Of a DNA stretch of 64,000 bases, positions 40,997-54,102 are shown one piece after another. Made by a program: the position numbers and the translations under genes. The notes below the pieces were generated by a model. That model saw nothing but the letters and a program-made list of their open reading frames with translations, ran no database searches and was not told the DNA's origin. The DNA is from Chrysomallon squamiferum. Its lineage: Eukaryota; Animalia; Mollusca. Every line of letters starts with the position of its first letter. Within the stretch, counting starts at the first letter, position 1. Where the stretch lies: contig CM022677.1 of NCBI GenBank assembly GCA_012295275.1, positions 12,462,001-12,526,000 on the forward strand, given 5' to 3'.

Positions 40997-43280
40997 ACAT
41001 ATTGCATGAATGATAATAAGCAAAGAAAATTACATTTATCAGACAAATGTAGATTCATAAAAAAATAAATAATAATAATCATGTTCATGTTGGAATTTCT
41101 AAAAACTTTATATACCAATGATGTTAAATATTTTTTGTAGGTCATTGCAGTATTGTTCAGGTGCTGTCTAGAAAGGGAATTTACATTATGGAGAAGGATA
41201 AATCAGCTGTACAGACACTGCAGACTGCACAATTCCAAGTTTGAGTTTTTTATCTTATTTTTATTTCTTAGAGATAAAATAAGTTTTATAGTAACAACTC
41301 TTTACTGACTGTAAAATACCATAATAATAATCGCTTCTTTGCTATTGTTTTGTTAATTATTTAAATTATTACCATTATCATTATAATGATTATACAAAGT
41401 ATATCAAACATATCCCACACCCCTTTGTGTAACTGGTACCAGTAACATTTTAATTTTAATAATAACAGAAATGCTAGTTATTTATTTATAACAGTTTATT
41501 ATTTTTATTATTTTATTTGTTTTTTTTTTCAGAATGTACATAATTGATGTGCTGATGTTGGCTAGTGAAGTTGTTTCAGTAGAAGATGCTGTCCAGCACT
41601 GAGGATAAAGTTTGTACTGCTGCCACTGGAAAAGAGGAAAGAAACTGAATTTGAGTTTGTTTTCTTATTATTCACACACACTTGGCAGATGACATACACT
41701 TCCATTCATACAGACCTGATTAGCTTGTTGTAAATGTCTATATTTTAAAACAGAATATTTTAAAATGTTTAACTTTCCTATCACTATTCCTGTAATGACA
41801 GACATACTAAAATACATTGGAGATGGATGATCAGTAGCTGTTGTCTGTTGTTTCTATTGTCAGCAGTCTCTCAGTTTTCATGGTTTGTTTAATAGAACAA
41901 TGTTTGTAAATAAAATAATGAATCATGTTAAATATATGAGTCTTAATAACTAGTTAATCAACATAATTAATATTAGGTCTGGTTTTCTGTTTTGTTTTGA
42001 ATAGAATATGTACATGTAAATGTTTCATGATCTCTCTCTGTCTCTCTGACAGACTCATACATAACTAAAAAGGTAAATAAACTGATCTGTACACAAGAAG
42101 AGCTTATTCTGGGAGCTCACCACAAGAGAGAAATGTCATCAAAGAATATGGCAGAACAGGAACATCTGTATGGGTTGTTATTGTTATAGTAGTAGTATTA
42201 GTCATTTCTGTTGTTGTAGTAATGTAGATGTTACAGCATTAGTACTTGTAGCATTATTAATAATAGTATTATTGAAGTAATGTTGCAGAATTGACTTTGG
42301 TGATGTTTTAGTTGATGCTGCTGTCTCCATAGCTTTGTAATATAATGTATCTTGTGAGACTCATGGTGATTAAGTAGGTGACTTTGTATACTTCCTTTAG
42401 CATTGCTTTATTTCTTTTTAGCTTATATTTGTACTAGGAGTAATCAAAACAGTTTCAATTCTAACTCACAAAAATTACATGGCTTAAGAAATGATGTTGA
42501 AATAAGTTCATAAATAATGTTGAAATAAGTTCATAAACAAAAGCAGATCTACTTATATTAATTTTGTTAAAGGTGTTTCTAATGACAATTTTTACTTTGG
42601 CTTTAATTATGTGATTCAAATTGATCTTAGTTTTATCACATGCATGTATTAATGATGTTAAGGTTAATTAAGGATTGTCAGAATAACCTCAATATGTATT
42701 TTCATCATGTTAGTATGTTAGTATTTCAAGTAGAATGAGTATTAGAAGACCATTTTACTTACTGACTAATGTAATACTATATATAGGTTTAAAATGTTTA
42801 TTTACTTAATATTCCTGGCAGTCATCGTAAACTGGTCTAAAGGTCTAAAACACAGTGTAAATATCAAATTTTAGCAAGTTACAGAAGTATTAAAATATAT
42901 TAAAATATATTTTTCATAATCTCTTTTATTGATGTATTGCTATTTTAATCCTTTTATATAAAAGTTAAAAAAATATATATATTTTTATTAAAATTAAATG
43001 GAAAAAAAAATTCTTGTTGCTAAGTCAGTGAAATGCAATTAGGGCTGACAAAAAAAATTCTACATGCACTATATTTTATGTTTAGTTTATTAATGAATAT
43101 TATATTTTGTTGTAGGATCCTAGACAACAGATTCAAGCTGCCTCAGCCAGCACTTCAGTTCAAAATGTTGTAAGACCCATTTTTAGAAAATGTTAACTAG
43201 AACACCAGAATGCTATTACATCACAGTCTTCCCTGTCCAGAGAAAGCTCAACACTTTCAAGAGAAAATATGTCTGAAATG
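39650..43280 (+). pseudogene. CAMSAP: CAMSAP/patronin pseudogene fragment, copy 2 (segment ~39370-41630 duplicates ~32040-33910)
   Basis: 40674 SYGESIPNLFKECFLEKSD|GTGAGT. 41141 GHCSIVQVLSRKGIYIMEKD (compare CAMSAP1 GHQSVIQALSRKGIYVMESD). 41533 IIDVLMLASEVVSVE. Weaker exon-like pieces at ~42052-42167 and 43116-43279. Confidence 0.8.
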
Positions 43281-43691
43281 TAAGACAATAAAATCAATCT
43301 AGTTTGAATTTATAAATATTGAGAAAATCATGGAAAAAAAAGAGAAATCTGAAGGGAAATAATTTTGAAAACTCAGTGATCTCCAAGAGACTACATTGTC
43401 AATGTGATCAGAACATCCAGTGTACACATTGTACTTCAAATAATAATAAGTACAAAATGGTATTTAATGTTTCGAAGGTAAATTAAATCAATAATCAAAA
43501 ACAATAATCAAAATGGAAAATCATGCTGAAATGTTTTTCAGTTTCTTAAAACAAAAATAAATAAATAAAGAATAGTCTGTGTGTTTTTATTTTTATTATG
43601 TATATATTGATCAATCTCTTCAGTATTTGTTGTCAATCAGCAAAAGATAATCTGATTTAATCATTATTTTATTTATATATATATATCTATA

Positions 43692-43751
<60 letters not shown>

Positions 43752-43856
43752 TATAGATATATATATACACACATCTTGTCGATTTTATGAAAACAATCAA
43801 AGCACTAGAATCAACACTAATGATGCTGAATGGCATTCTTTACATCTCTCTCTCTC

Positions 43857-43974
43857 GTATATTTACAAACCCGTTAAATAGAGTTATTTCCCTTAGACCA
43901 TTAATAGATATGACATTGCTTATGCATTACTAGTCTAATGGAAATAACACTATTTAACGTGTTTGTAAATATAC
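43857..43974. repeat. Fold-back palindrome, probably a MITE relic
   Basis: 42-bp arms gtatatttacaaacccgttaaatagagttatttcccttagac and gtctaatggaaataacactatttaacgtgtttgtaaatatac, with 3 mismatches. Confidence 0.9.
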
Positions 43975-45479
43975 AAAAAAGACTGAGCTAAATTCGATTT
44001 ACTACTTTTAGATGAATTCGGCTAATTCTATATAAAAAAAATATTAAAAAATTGGGAGCAAAATATTCCAATATTAAATTCAGCAGTTTCAAAAGAACCA
44101 GTTTCCATTATTTGTTGGTTGATTTGATTTATTATTATTACTTAATTATTGTAAATTTCCTATTTCGCTTAAAACCTTCCTTTTCCAATTTCCCCTTGAA
44201 TAAAATCAGTGAATTCTCATACAACATACACTATAAATCTTAATCAGTCAAGATCACTGTGCATCATGTCACAAATCAAACTGAAGTTTATTAAATAGGA
44301 AGCATAATTACAATGGCATTTTAAGACAAAACTAAACTCCACTTTTTGTAAGAATGCATTCCAGTAATGAATTCTAGTGACGTATGCATTTAAGATTTTG
44401 TATTATGAACCCATTTCACTTTTATTTGATGACAGAATGAACCCATTTCACTTTTATTTAATGAAGCCATTATGAAGCAAATTAATTTTAAACATTTTAA
44501 ATATTATTATTATTATTATTATTATATACATACATTTTTTCATTTTAATTTTCTTTAAAACAAAAATTGCTGCAAATCTTTTTTTTTGTTTTTAAATATT
44601 GGTTTTAATAGAGCTCAAATTATTTTTTAGCCTGATTAATTTCAGCTTTTTTCTAATATCTTTTAACTAATTTTCAACAATTCAAAAACAATATTTGTTT
44701 AAACCAAACAACAGTCAAAACATTTAGAACTTGTATTTATTTATACATAAACAAGGACATTGTCTTTCACATACAGTTCTCTGACAACAAACACATTAAC
44801 GCTTTCTCACAGATAACGTACGTAACAACTCATCCTTTCACATACAAAATACTGATAATTTCACGTACATTGTATTCTACTAGGAGAAATCTTATATTGA
44901 TAATTCTAAAGTTACATCATAGAAAACATGCCTGTCCTCCTGAACTAGTGTTTTATGAGCATTTTTTAGAAAGCTAGACGAAATTTATTCATCCTATTAA
45001 AACATAACAATATTGTCTTTATTGTAAATCTTAATGTTTCTTCTCCAGTTATTAATAAAACCTCACCTGAAGCTTTTAAAATAGCAGATTAAACTGGCGC
45101 CTTCTCATCTACATATTATGTCTAAATATCCAGTATCAACTATTTAAATTGTGCAGCATTGTCGGTATTAAAATTATATTTATTTCTTTATTTTTGTAAA
45201 AACAACAATAACTACAATAATTTTAATTAAAATGATAAATAAAATAATAATTAAGAAAAACTACTGAAATAAGGGAAAAAGAAAAAAGTAAGAAAGGAAA
45301 TAAAATGATTATTTCCGGCACATATTTTTTATACTATATCATGTCATTGTTGACTGAATCTCAGTTTATTCATATAAAACTGAAATCTTATTTGTTTATA
45401 GAACGTAAACTCTGTCCAGCGTCAAAAATTATGTCTACAAAACTTCACTCTACGTCAAAGTTTAGTGTTTTAGTAAATT

Positions 45480-45677
45480 CTCAGATACAAGTTTTATCAT
45501 GTCTCGACACTGATTTTGAAAGAACAAAACTGGCCAACAGATTATTTTTTAATGAAACACGTGTTATCCAGACAGTCAGCTACACGTCTGCACAGTCCGA
45601 CTTGTCTTCACAAGTTTCACCCAAACGTTTCTTCACAAAACACTCGCCGTTGTATAGGATTAGGAAGTACCAAATTT
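45480..45677 (-). pseudogene. Decayed cysteine-rich (EB-module/EGF-like) exon
   Basis: YNGECFVKKRLGETCEDKSDCAD/VADCLDNTCFIKK*SVGQFCSF/NQC, with frameshifts and a stop. Acceptor ttttaAG. Confidence 0.6.
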
Positions 45678-45879
45678 CTTAAAATATACTTGTCAAAAAT
45701 TAATTACCACAAAACTAATTCACTAACTCCGGCTTAGAAAAAGTATATTTCTAAAATATATCCAACTCTCTTCCCGGAATTTAAAAATGATTCTTTCTTC
45801 TATTACTGCTGCTGTCAGGAAGAGACAAAAAAAAAAACAGCAACACGAAAACACCCACGAAAAAACAGTATTCTATCAT

Positions 45880-46890
45880 TTTTTACTGTGAAAACCCTAT
45901 TTACATTCAGAAATGTAGATTGGGTTAGCGTGTTTTTATAAACAACCGTAGAATTATATGTGAAATCCAAAATGTCGAGAACGTTTCCATACTAATGTGA
46001 CATTTATTAACAGAATATGTTTCACTGAAAAGCTAAGTAGGTGTAATTTTACACGACGTTATGAAAACAAGAACCGCCATCACTATTTATGTTACATGTT
46101 TTATGTTTGTTAACAGAGGCGTAGTGGTAATAGTATGTATTAAAAACATGAATCTGGAAATCTAACTCGCTATATTTCTCAGTTTCTAAATTATTCCAGT
46201 GGAATATAAGCCATGTATCAACACTTCAGCTAATGTTGAGAAAAGGGTACATAATTCTCTTTCCCTGCAGCATATTATGTTGTTGTTTTTAATTCAGTTT
46301 TAGAGATTTAGTTTTAACTGTATAATAATATGACATTTTATATTTTCAAAAATGTTTTTTTATGTTCTGTTTGTCAATAAAGAGGACTGAAAAGTGGATA
46401 TCTCCAGTGTACTTGTCTGTGTGAAGCTATAGCTACGTCATAAAATATATTGACATCCAGACTGGAGCGATGATGTTAATACTTGAAATATAATGGATAT
46501 TGAGAAGTATTGAAATCGCATAAAGATTAACATGTTCTTTCTTTATAGTACTAGTAGTTGTTGTTCTTGTTTATATTTATACTGTATCATTATAGTAAAC
46601 TTTGCAGGTGTGATTTTACTGTGAAAACTGTGTGTACATTCAGAAATGTAGATCGGGGTTTCGGGTTGGCGTGTTTTTATAAACAACAGTAGAATTATAT
46701 GTAAAATCCAAAATGTCCATTTTATGTTTCATTTTAGTACACCAGAACATGTTTCACTGAAAAGCTAAGTAAGAGTAATTTTACACGGCGTTATAAAAAT
46801 AAATAACTTCAGTACCGCCATCATGATATATGGTACATGTTTTATGTTTGTTAATAGAGGAGTAGCGATAATATTATGTATTGAAAAATA
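45880..46890 (+). repeat. ~270-bp direct duplication (45880-46150 and 46613-46890)
   Basis: Shared ttttactgtgaaaac..acattcagaaatgtagat through tgtttgttaa.agagg. Confidence 0.85.
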
Positions 46891-47062
46891 CAGGTCTTCT
46901 TTTTTAATTAACAATATTAGTTAATATTATTTCGCATAATAAAGAGTAAATAAATAAAAAATAAGACTAATTTTTCATTATCTGGTATAATACACCTGCA
47001 ATAATGAATAATGAATCAACTTTTAAGAATGCGCATGAAAAATATTGAGTGTCTTCCACATA

Positions 47063-47118
<56 letters not shown>

Positions 47119-47139
47119 GTCATTATTATTATTATTCAG

Positions 47140-47300
47140 GATTGCTGCAGGTCTATGAACTCGTATCTGATGATTTTCTCATCATTGTGCGAAAACAAAG
47201 ACCTCACCACAGAGCTGTATCTACGTCACAACTATTTCATGATATTTCAGTTTATCATTTAGACTACTACTACTACTATTACTACTACTACTACTACTAT

Positions 47301-47335
<35 letters not shown>

Positions 47336-47652
47336 GTACTACTACTATTACTACAACTACTACTTCTACTACTACTAGTAATACTACTATTACTACTACT
47401 ACTACTAGTACTACTACTACTACAACTACTACTGCTACTACTAGTACTACTACCATTACTACTACTACTACTACTATTACTACTACCACAGCTACTACTA
47501 GTATTACTACTGTTACTACTGCTACTATTACTACTACTATCACTACTACTACAGATTATCATCACAAAGAGTATTTACTTTTTGAAGTCGGTGCTTAGTT
47601 CCGAATAATAATAATAGTAATAATAATAATAGTAGTAGTAGTAGTAGTAGTA

Positions 47653-47692
<40 letters not shown>

Positions 47693-48150
47693 TAATAATA
47701 ATCATAATAATATAATGAGTATGTTCATACCAATAACAACAACAAAAAGAGGTACATTTTCGTACCATATATTCGTTGCCGCTACTTCTATTGGTACTAA
47801 CAGTATTACTTCTACTAAGGCTGCTACTACTATTACTAATACCGCTAACAAGAGTATTATCGTTTAATAAAACATTTCTTTTATGTTATTATATTTTTTT
47901 AGACGTTACTGATCACTGACTTGGAATGACTGACATTCAGTTTGAAGGGAAATATGTGGGTTTAGCAGATATTCTCGAGAAGAGCTTGATTACACGAACT
48001 GGGCTGAGAAGGAACCGAATAACGCGGGGGAGGTGAAGACTGCGCGTTTGTAACAAAATCTTCCAGTTACTGGCAGTGGATTCACACAAACTGCAACAAC
48101 AAAACATGGGCTTCGTTTGCGAATACGATCCACTGGACTGGATCACACTA
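47140..48150 (+). pseudogene. C-type lectin pseudogene 1 (exons 3 and 4 only, EPN motif)
   Basis: 47140 DCCRSMNSYLMIFSS. 47903 DH*LGMTDIQFEGKY/LDYTNWAEKEPNNAG/EDCAF..WQWIHTNC/GFVCEY. W-to-stop change, frameshifts and a lost donor. Confidence 0.88.
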
Positions 48151-49079
48151 GACACACACACATAATAAACATCAGTAGAGAGAGACAGGCAACTGCTTGT
48201 TTGTTTGTTTGTTATTATTATTGTTCTTGTTCTTGTTGTTCGTCTTCTTATTTGTTGTTGTTGTTGTTTTTATTATTGAAAGTGCAAACAGGGATTATTT
48301 TCAAATTTTAGTTCGTTATTGTTATTATGGTTAGGACTCATTAAGGATCTGTGGTCTGCAAGGGGTGGTGACAATACAAGGCAGACGGACCTGATCGTAG
48401 GTAAATTTGAGGTGGCAAAAATAGGAAGATGTTTGCAATTATTTTTAGTTTGTTAATTTTATTTTTTATTTGTTTTAATTTTTTAATTTATTTGTTTTTA
48501 ATTAGAGACGCTATTACTTGGGAAGATCCTCTGTAAATTTATGCACGAAGTTAACAAAGTTTGCTGTCGTTTAACCCATTGAATCCATCTTTGGTTTACG
48601 CTGAAACTGTAAAGAAAAATAAAGCTTCGTTTCATCGGTCATCCATGGCAGTCACTAGTTAATGTTAGACACACCTTGACTAAGTCACTGACTGCTTTAG
48701 TGAGTTACTTAGTCACTATTCTTTTCTGAGTAATTGTTTTAAAGTCTTTCTCAAAGACTGTCCGTCTGTATGTGACAACAATAGCGACAACAACAACAAC
48801 ACCAACAACAATAATAGTAGTGATGATGATACCAACAAAATAATTGATGTAATTCAAAAATAACAACAACAATAGTAACAAGAACAGCAACAATAACAAC
48901 AGTAATAATGTCAAAAATAATAAATATAATTATAGCTATAACAACATCAATAATAACAATATAATAATAAATAGAACAATAACTATAACAATAATAACAA
49001 TAAAAACAACGACAATAGCTAAACAATAAAATAACAACAATAATTATAATATAATAGTAATAATAATAATAGTAATAAC

Positions 49080-49117
<38 letters not shown>

Positions 49118-50094
49118 GAAGAAGAAGAAGAAGAAGAAGAAAAAAAAGAAAAAGAAGACAACTGCGACTACAGATGCAACAGCATCAATAAGAATAACAA
49201 TAACAATATTAAAAATAATGATAATATGATAATGACGTTGATAATGGTAGTAGTAGTAGTAGAAGTAGAATAAGAGCTAATATAGTAGTAGGTGTGGTGG
49301 GACTAGTAGTAGTCGTAGTAGTAGTATCATCAATAGCAGTAGTGGCCGTAGTAATCATGATAATGTAATAAACACACTTAATGATAATTTCAAATATGTT
49401 TCTTTAATTCTTTACCATTTATAACATTTGGCAATATTTAAATACTAACATTTTTTTTAAAGTTAATTTTATATTCTCAAAGTGCATTAACTTTTGTAAT
49501 TTTTTCTTTTTTATTATTTCTATTTTTATTCTGTTTTCATTCTTTCTTTTTCTTTTCCTTTCTGCTTCTCTTTTCTCTCTGTATTTATTGTCTTATTTTA
49601 TTACGAACTAGCTGAATACTGTGTCTGTTTCTGTCATGCACATCGGAGAATGTGTTCTTTGATGTCTACTCAGGTTTAAAACATTTATTTTATTTTACTC
49701 TACATTTCGCATTGTTTAGCACGTAGTGTCAGCTCTGTTTTAATCATTTTCACCGTCCTCTGTTTCTGTGCTCTATGACACATTTATGTATATATATTTT
49801 TATTTCAATGTGCGTTTTTATTTTCTTTGAAATACTATAAGCACATATTTCTTTTTCTTGTGCATCTGTTGGACTGTTCATTTACATATCAAAATCTTTA
49901 AGAAACTTTTATTTTGTTTTTATACGCTTTTGAATATTTTATGAAACAATATAATACTGAATTCTTTTCATTGCACATGCATGAATACCATCTGGTGATA
50001 CAAGCATCTGAATGTTTAAGATATTTATAATTCATTTTATTATTATTATTTTTTACCTTATTTTAACGTGTTCTATGATTAAACAACATAAGCC

Positions 50095-50665
50095 AGCATT
50101 AAACCTTTTCCTTATTGTATTACGTCGTGAATTTTTCTATCATTAAAATTCTTAAAACAGAAATAAAAATTAAACCTGTTTCTTCTTGTATTATTGAATA
50201 AACCATGAATTTTTTCATTAAATATTCTTAAAGTTCAGAAATAAAAATTAAAATTATTGAATATTTTACATCATGAATTTTCTATCATTAAATATTCTTA
50301 AAGTTACAGAAATAAAAATTAAACCTGTTTCTTCTCGTATTATTGAATATTTTACATCATGAATTTTCTATCATTAAATGTTCTTAAAGTTACAGAAATA
50401 AAAATTAAACCTGTTTCTTCTTGTATTATTGAATATTTTACATCATGAATTTTCTATCATTAAATGTTCTTAAAGTTACAGAAATAAAAATTAAACCTGT
50501 TTCTTCTCGTATTATTGAATATTTTACATCATGAATTTTCTATCATTAAATGTTCTTAAAGTTACAGAAATAAAAATTAAACCTGTTTCTTCTCGTATTA
50601 TTGAGCCTTTCTTCTTACGTAATGATGTCTTTATCACTAAATATTTCTAACGTTACAGAAATAAT
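50095..50665. repeat. 86-bp AT-rich tandem repeat, about 6 copies
   Basis: Unit aaacctgtttcttctcgtattattgaatattttacatcatgaattttctatcattaaatgttcttaaagttacagaaataaaaatt. Confidence 0.93.
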
Positions 50666-50689
50666 AGTTTTTTTATTCGTTATCATTTT

Positions 50690-51070
50690 CATCTCGCATT
50701 TCAACTGAAAACGCAGTGTACGTATTAACAGCCATTTTCTTTTTATAATTCATGTTAAGTAAGATATCTGAATTATATACAAATAATATAATCGCTCATC
50801 CATTTCTTGTAGAAAATGCAGTGCATATATTAAGAGTCATTTTCTATTCATAATTCCTTTTAAGCTGGATGTTTGAAATATTTCTGAAATAAAATACACG
50901 TCTATCAAATTCTTGTTGAAGATATTAAAAAAAAATACAGTCATTTTTAGGCTTTTAATATACCTGTAAAATTCATATTTTTGGCATTCATTATTCATTT
51001 TTCCACCTTTTATTTTATTTATTACATATTTTTTGGAAGAGGTGTTTGCATTTTAATTTTACGAAATAAG
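50690..51070 (+). promoter_or_regulatory. Lectin upstream region conserved with ~54630-54930
   Basis: gaaaatgcagtgca.ata..ttctattcataattc..aataaaatacacgtctat.aaattc is shared upstream of lectins 2 and 3. Octamer ATTTGCAT at 54905. Confidence 0.6.
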
Positions 51071-51077
51071 AAAACGT

Positions 51078-51367
51078 CTGACAGTTTGTGTTTTGCAGTG
51101 TCGATACACACAGCGCAGTCAGTTTGATCCTTCGCCTGACAGTTTGTGTTTTGCAGTGTCGATACACACAGCGCAGTCAGTTTGATCCTTCGCCTGACAG
51201 TTTGTGTTTTGCAGTGTCGATACACACAGCGCAATCAGTTTGATCCTTCGTCTGACAGTTTGTGTTTTGCAGTGTCGATACACACAGCGCAGTCAGTTTG
51301 ATCCTTCGCCTGACAGTTTGTGTTTTGCAGTGTCGATACACACAGCGCAGTCAGTTTGATCCTTCGC
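51078..51367. repeat. 58-bp tandem repeat x5, ending 16 bp before the lectin-2 ATG
   Basis: Unit ctgacagtttgtgttttgcagtgtcgatacacacagcgcagtcagtttgatccttcgc, starting at 51078, 51136, 51194, 51252 and 51310. Confidence 0.96.
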
Positions 51368-51383
51368 TGTACAGCAGAGAAAC

Positions 51384-51715
51384 ATGAAGATGTTTACCTT
51401 CTCAGCCGTCTGCTTTGTCTCTACGTTAGCAACTCAAGTAAGCTTTTCATTCGTTTATATATATGTATGTATGTATGTAAACACACAGAAACATTTAAAT
51501 AACTGATATATATACATCTGTGTGTGTATGTGTGTGCAAGTATGCACACTTCTGCATCTTTTTTTTTCATTATGTAGTTGCAGCTTTTTGCGACGTCGGC
51601 TTCCAAAGGCTAAACTACCGATGCTATTTCATTTCCAGGCCAGGTCTATGCTATTTCATTCCCATCATCCTGAGTCAACGCAGCCGTAAGTCGTCTAATG
51701 ACGAAATACTACTAT

Positions 51716-51761
<46 letters not shown>

Positions 51762-52030
51762 GTTGCTACTATACTGGCTATAACCGCTACGAATTAATTT
51801 CAGTCTCATTTTACTTGCTCGGTTTGTCTGACCTGATTCACGAAGGCGAGTTTCTGTGGATGTCTAAAAACATAACTGCGAAGTGCTACAATTTCGAAAG
51901 CAGTCAGCCGGACAACTCGAAGGACCACTGCGTCCAGATGAGGCGAGCGATGCGTTCAAGAACTGGTACGACTCCGACTGCTTCCAAACCGGCGGCTTCA
52001 TTTGTGAATATGCGCCCCTTATGACCAATA
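51384..52030 (+). pseudogene. C-type lectin pseudogene 2 (exons 51384-51437, 51578-51685, 51804-~52030; exon 3 absent; QPD motif)
   Basis: Signal-like exon 1. FCDVGFQRLNYRCYFIS..S*VNAA|GTAAG. LLGLSDLIHEGEFLW..SQPDNSKDHCVQM/WYDSDCFQTGGFICEY. Frameshifts and a stop. Confidence 0.88.
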
Positions 52031-52139
52031 AAGAAAAAAGCAAACAGACAATGAGATTAGATTTTGCGATTTCCTTTTTTATTATTATTTCTACTGAGAT
52101 TGAGTATTAAACTTAAAATTGTTTTAGAAACTTATAGAA

Positions 52140-52174
<35 letters not shown>

Positions 52175-52249
52175 TACACACAAACATGCACACGCACATA
52201 CATATACACACATACAAACACGCATACAAAAACACATAAGTACATAAGA

Positions 52250-52422
52250 TTGTCTTGATGACTGAATGGTAAAGTCGTTCGCCTTCGGAGCCTGGGCGAA
52301 TGGGTGCCATACGTTCGAGTCTCGTCAGCGGCATCTGACAGGTTTAGGAGGTCGTGATTGGACTTCGTCCTCCTGCGCCAGTGCCTTCCCGAATATTGTC
52401 TATGTGCAGAGTTGAATCAGTC
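52250..52422 (+). mobile_element. tRNA-derived SINE with 10-bp target-site duplication
   Basis: A box tgactgaatgg and B box gttcgagtc. Flanked by GTACATAAGA at 52240-52249 and 52423-52432. Confidence 0.85.
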
Positions 52423-52649
52423 GTACATAAGACAGAGAATATTCAAATCTTACAATGCATACACCCACACCCACATACACACACACACCTACGCACACAC
52501 ACACATACATACATACATACACCGAGAAATGCCTAAGTTACACCAATTCAGAAGAACTCTGTCTTAAAGTGCATGTATCCTTGGCAACCATTTTTACGTC
52601 AGATTGGACATGTTTACGGAAGCATTATGGAGAGAACTGGTAGGACAGG

Positions 52650-53590
52650 AATAGTTGTAATAGTAACAGTAGCAGCTATTGATGTTAGAATAATAGCAGA
52701 AGTAGTATTTTTGTGGTTGTAGTTATAGTCACAATAGCAGTAATATTAGTAGTATTAGTAATACTAGTAGCAGCTGAAAAAGTTGTTGCTGTTTTATTAG
52801 CAGTACTAGTAATAGCTTACTAGTTGCTGTTATAGAAGTAGTTGTCGGTGTTGTAAAAGTAATAGTTTATAATAGCTGCAAAAGTGGTAGTAGTAGTTTT
52901 TCTTTTTAATGTTTGTAATAGCAGTAGTAGTAGTAGTAGTAGTAGTAGTTGTAAAAGTAGTAATACTTGTTTTAGTAGTGGTATTAACAGTAGTAGTAGT
53001 TGTGATAATTGTAGTAGTAGTACCAGAAGTTTTATTAAAGATAGTAGTTGTAATAGCTTCAATAGCAGTTATAATTGTAGTAGTAGCAGAAGTAATAGTA
53101 TTATTAATATTAGTTGTAATGATGATGGCAGTAGTATTAGTAAGAGTAATAACAAACGTAGCAGTAGTAGTAATAGTAGTAGTAGTATCAATAGTAGTAG
53201 TAGTACTAGTAGAAAAACTGGTATTGTGATAGTTGTAGTAACAGAGTAGTAGTAAGAGTAGTAGTAATAGTAAAAGTAGTAGCAGTAGTAGTAGTAGTAA
53301 TAAGAATAGTAATAGAAGCAGTGGTTGTATAACAGTAGCAGTAGTAGTAGTAGTAGTAGAAGTAGTAGTAGTATTAGAAACACTGGTATTGTGATAGTTG
53401 TAGTAACAGAGTAGTAGTAAGAGTAGTAGTAATAGTAAAAGTAGTAGCAGTAGTAGTAGTAGTAATAAGAATAGTAATAGAAGCAGTGGTAGTATAACAG
53501 TAGCAGTAGTAGCTGTAATAGTAGTAGTAGTAGTACCAGTAGTAGTAGTAGTAGTAAGAGTAGTACTAATACTAGTAACAGTCGTAGAAA
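52650..53590. repeat. (AGT/TAG)n-derived low-complexity tract with an internal ~168-bp-period duplication
   Basis: Seen directly. actggtattgtgatagttgtagtaacagag occurs at ~53217 and ~53382. Confidence 0.9.
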
Positions 53591-54055
53591 AAGGTGCTGT
53601 TAATAATGGTTAGAAACTGAGATGTTTCAATTTTAAAACGACACAGAATGTGACAGTCACAGCTTCAAGTTTCACTGAGAAAAAACAAATTAACAGTTTT
53701 CTTTCTGTCCATGTTTCGAATGAATAAACGGCAGAGCAGGTTTTGGAACTGAAAACCACGAATTGGTTAATGTGAGAAATTAGTTCAGTTGTTAGTGTGA
53801 CGAGTTCTGAGTAGCGGGCATCCACGTCATTTCACTGGGAGGCATCTGGGACGAAGTGCAAAAAAAGAAAACCTGGCAAGATCGGGCAAAATAAGGTCAA
53901 CTAAACAAACATAAAGACATATACAAACATATACACACAGAAACGCTCACACACATATACACATGTACACAATAAAATAGCTACACACTCATACACACAT
54001 ACTGAAACACACAGACGTACACACATAATTCATACAAACATAATTACATATACAT

Positions 54056-54102
<47 letters not shown>

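Noticed and set aside
45305-45682. 125-aa plus-strand ORF
   Set aside because: No recognisable motif. The opposite strand carries the Cys-spaced pattern.
52252-52333. Functional tRNA gene
   Set aside because: Poor acceptor stem and irregular anticodon arm, followed by a SINE body and flanked by a TSD.
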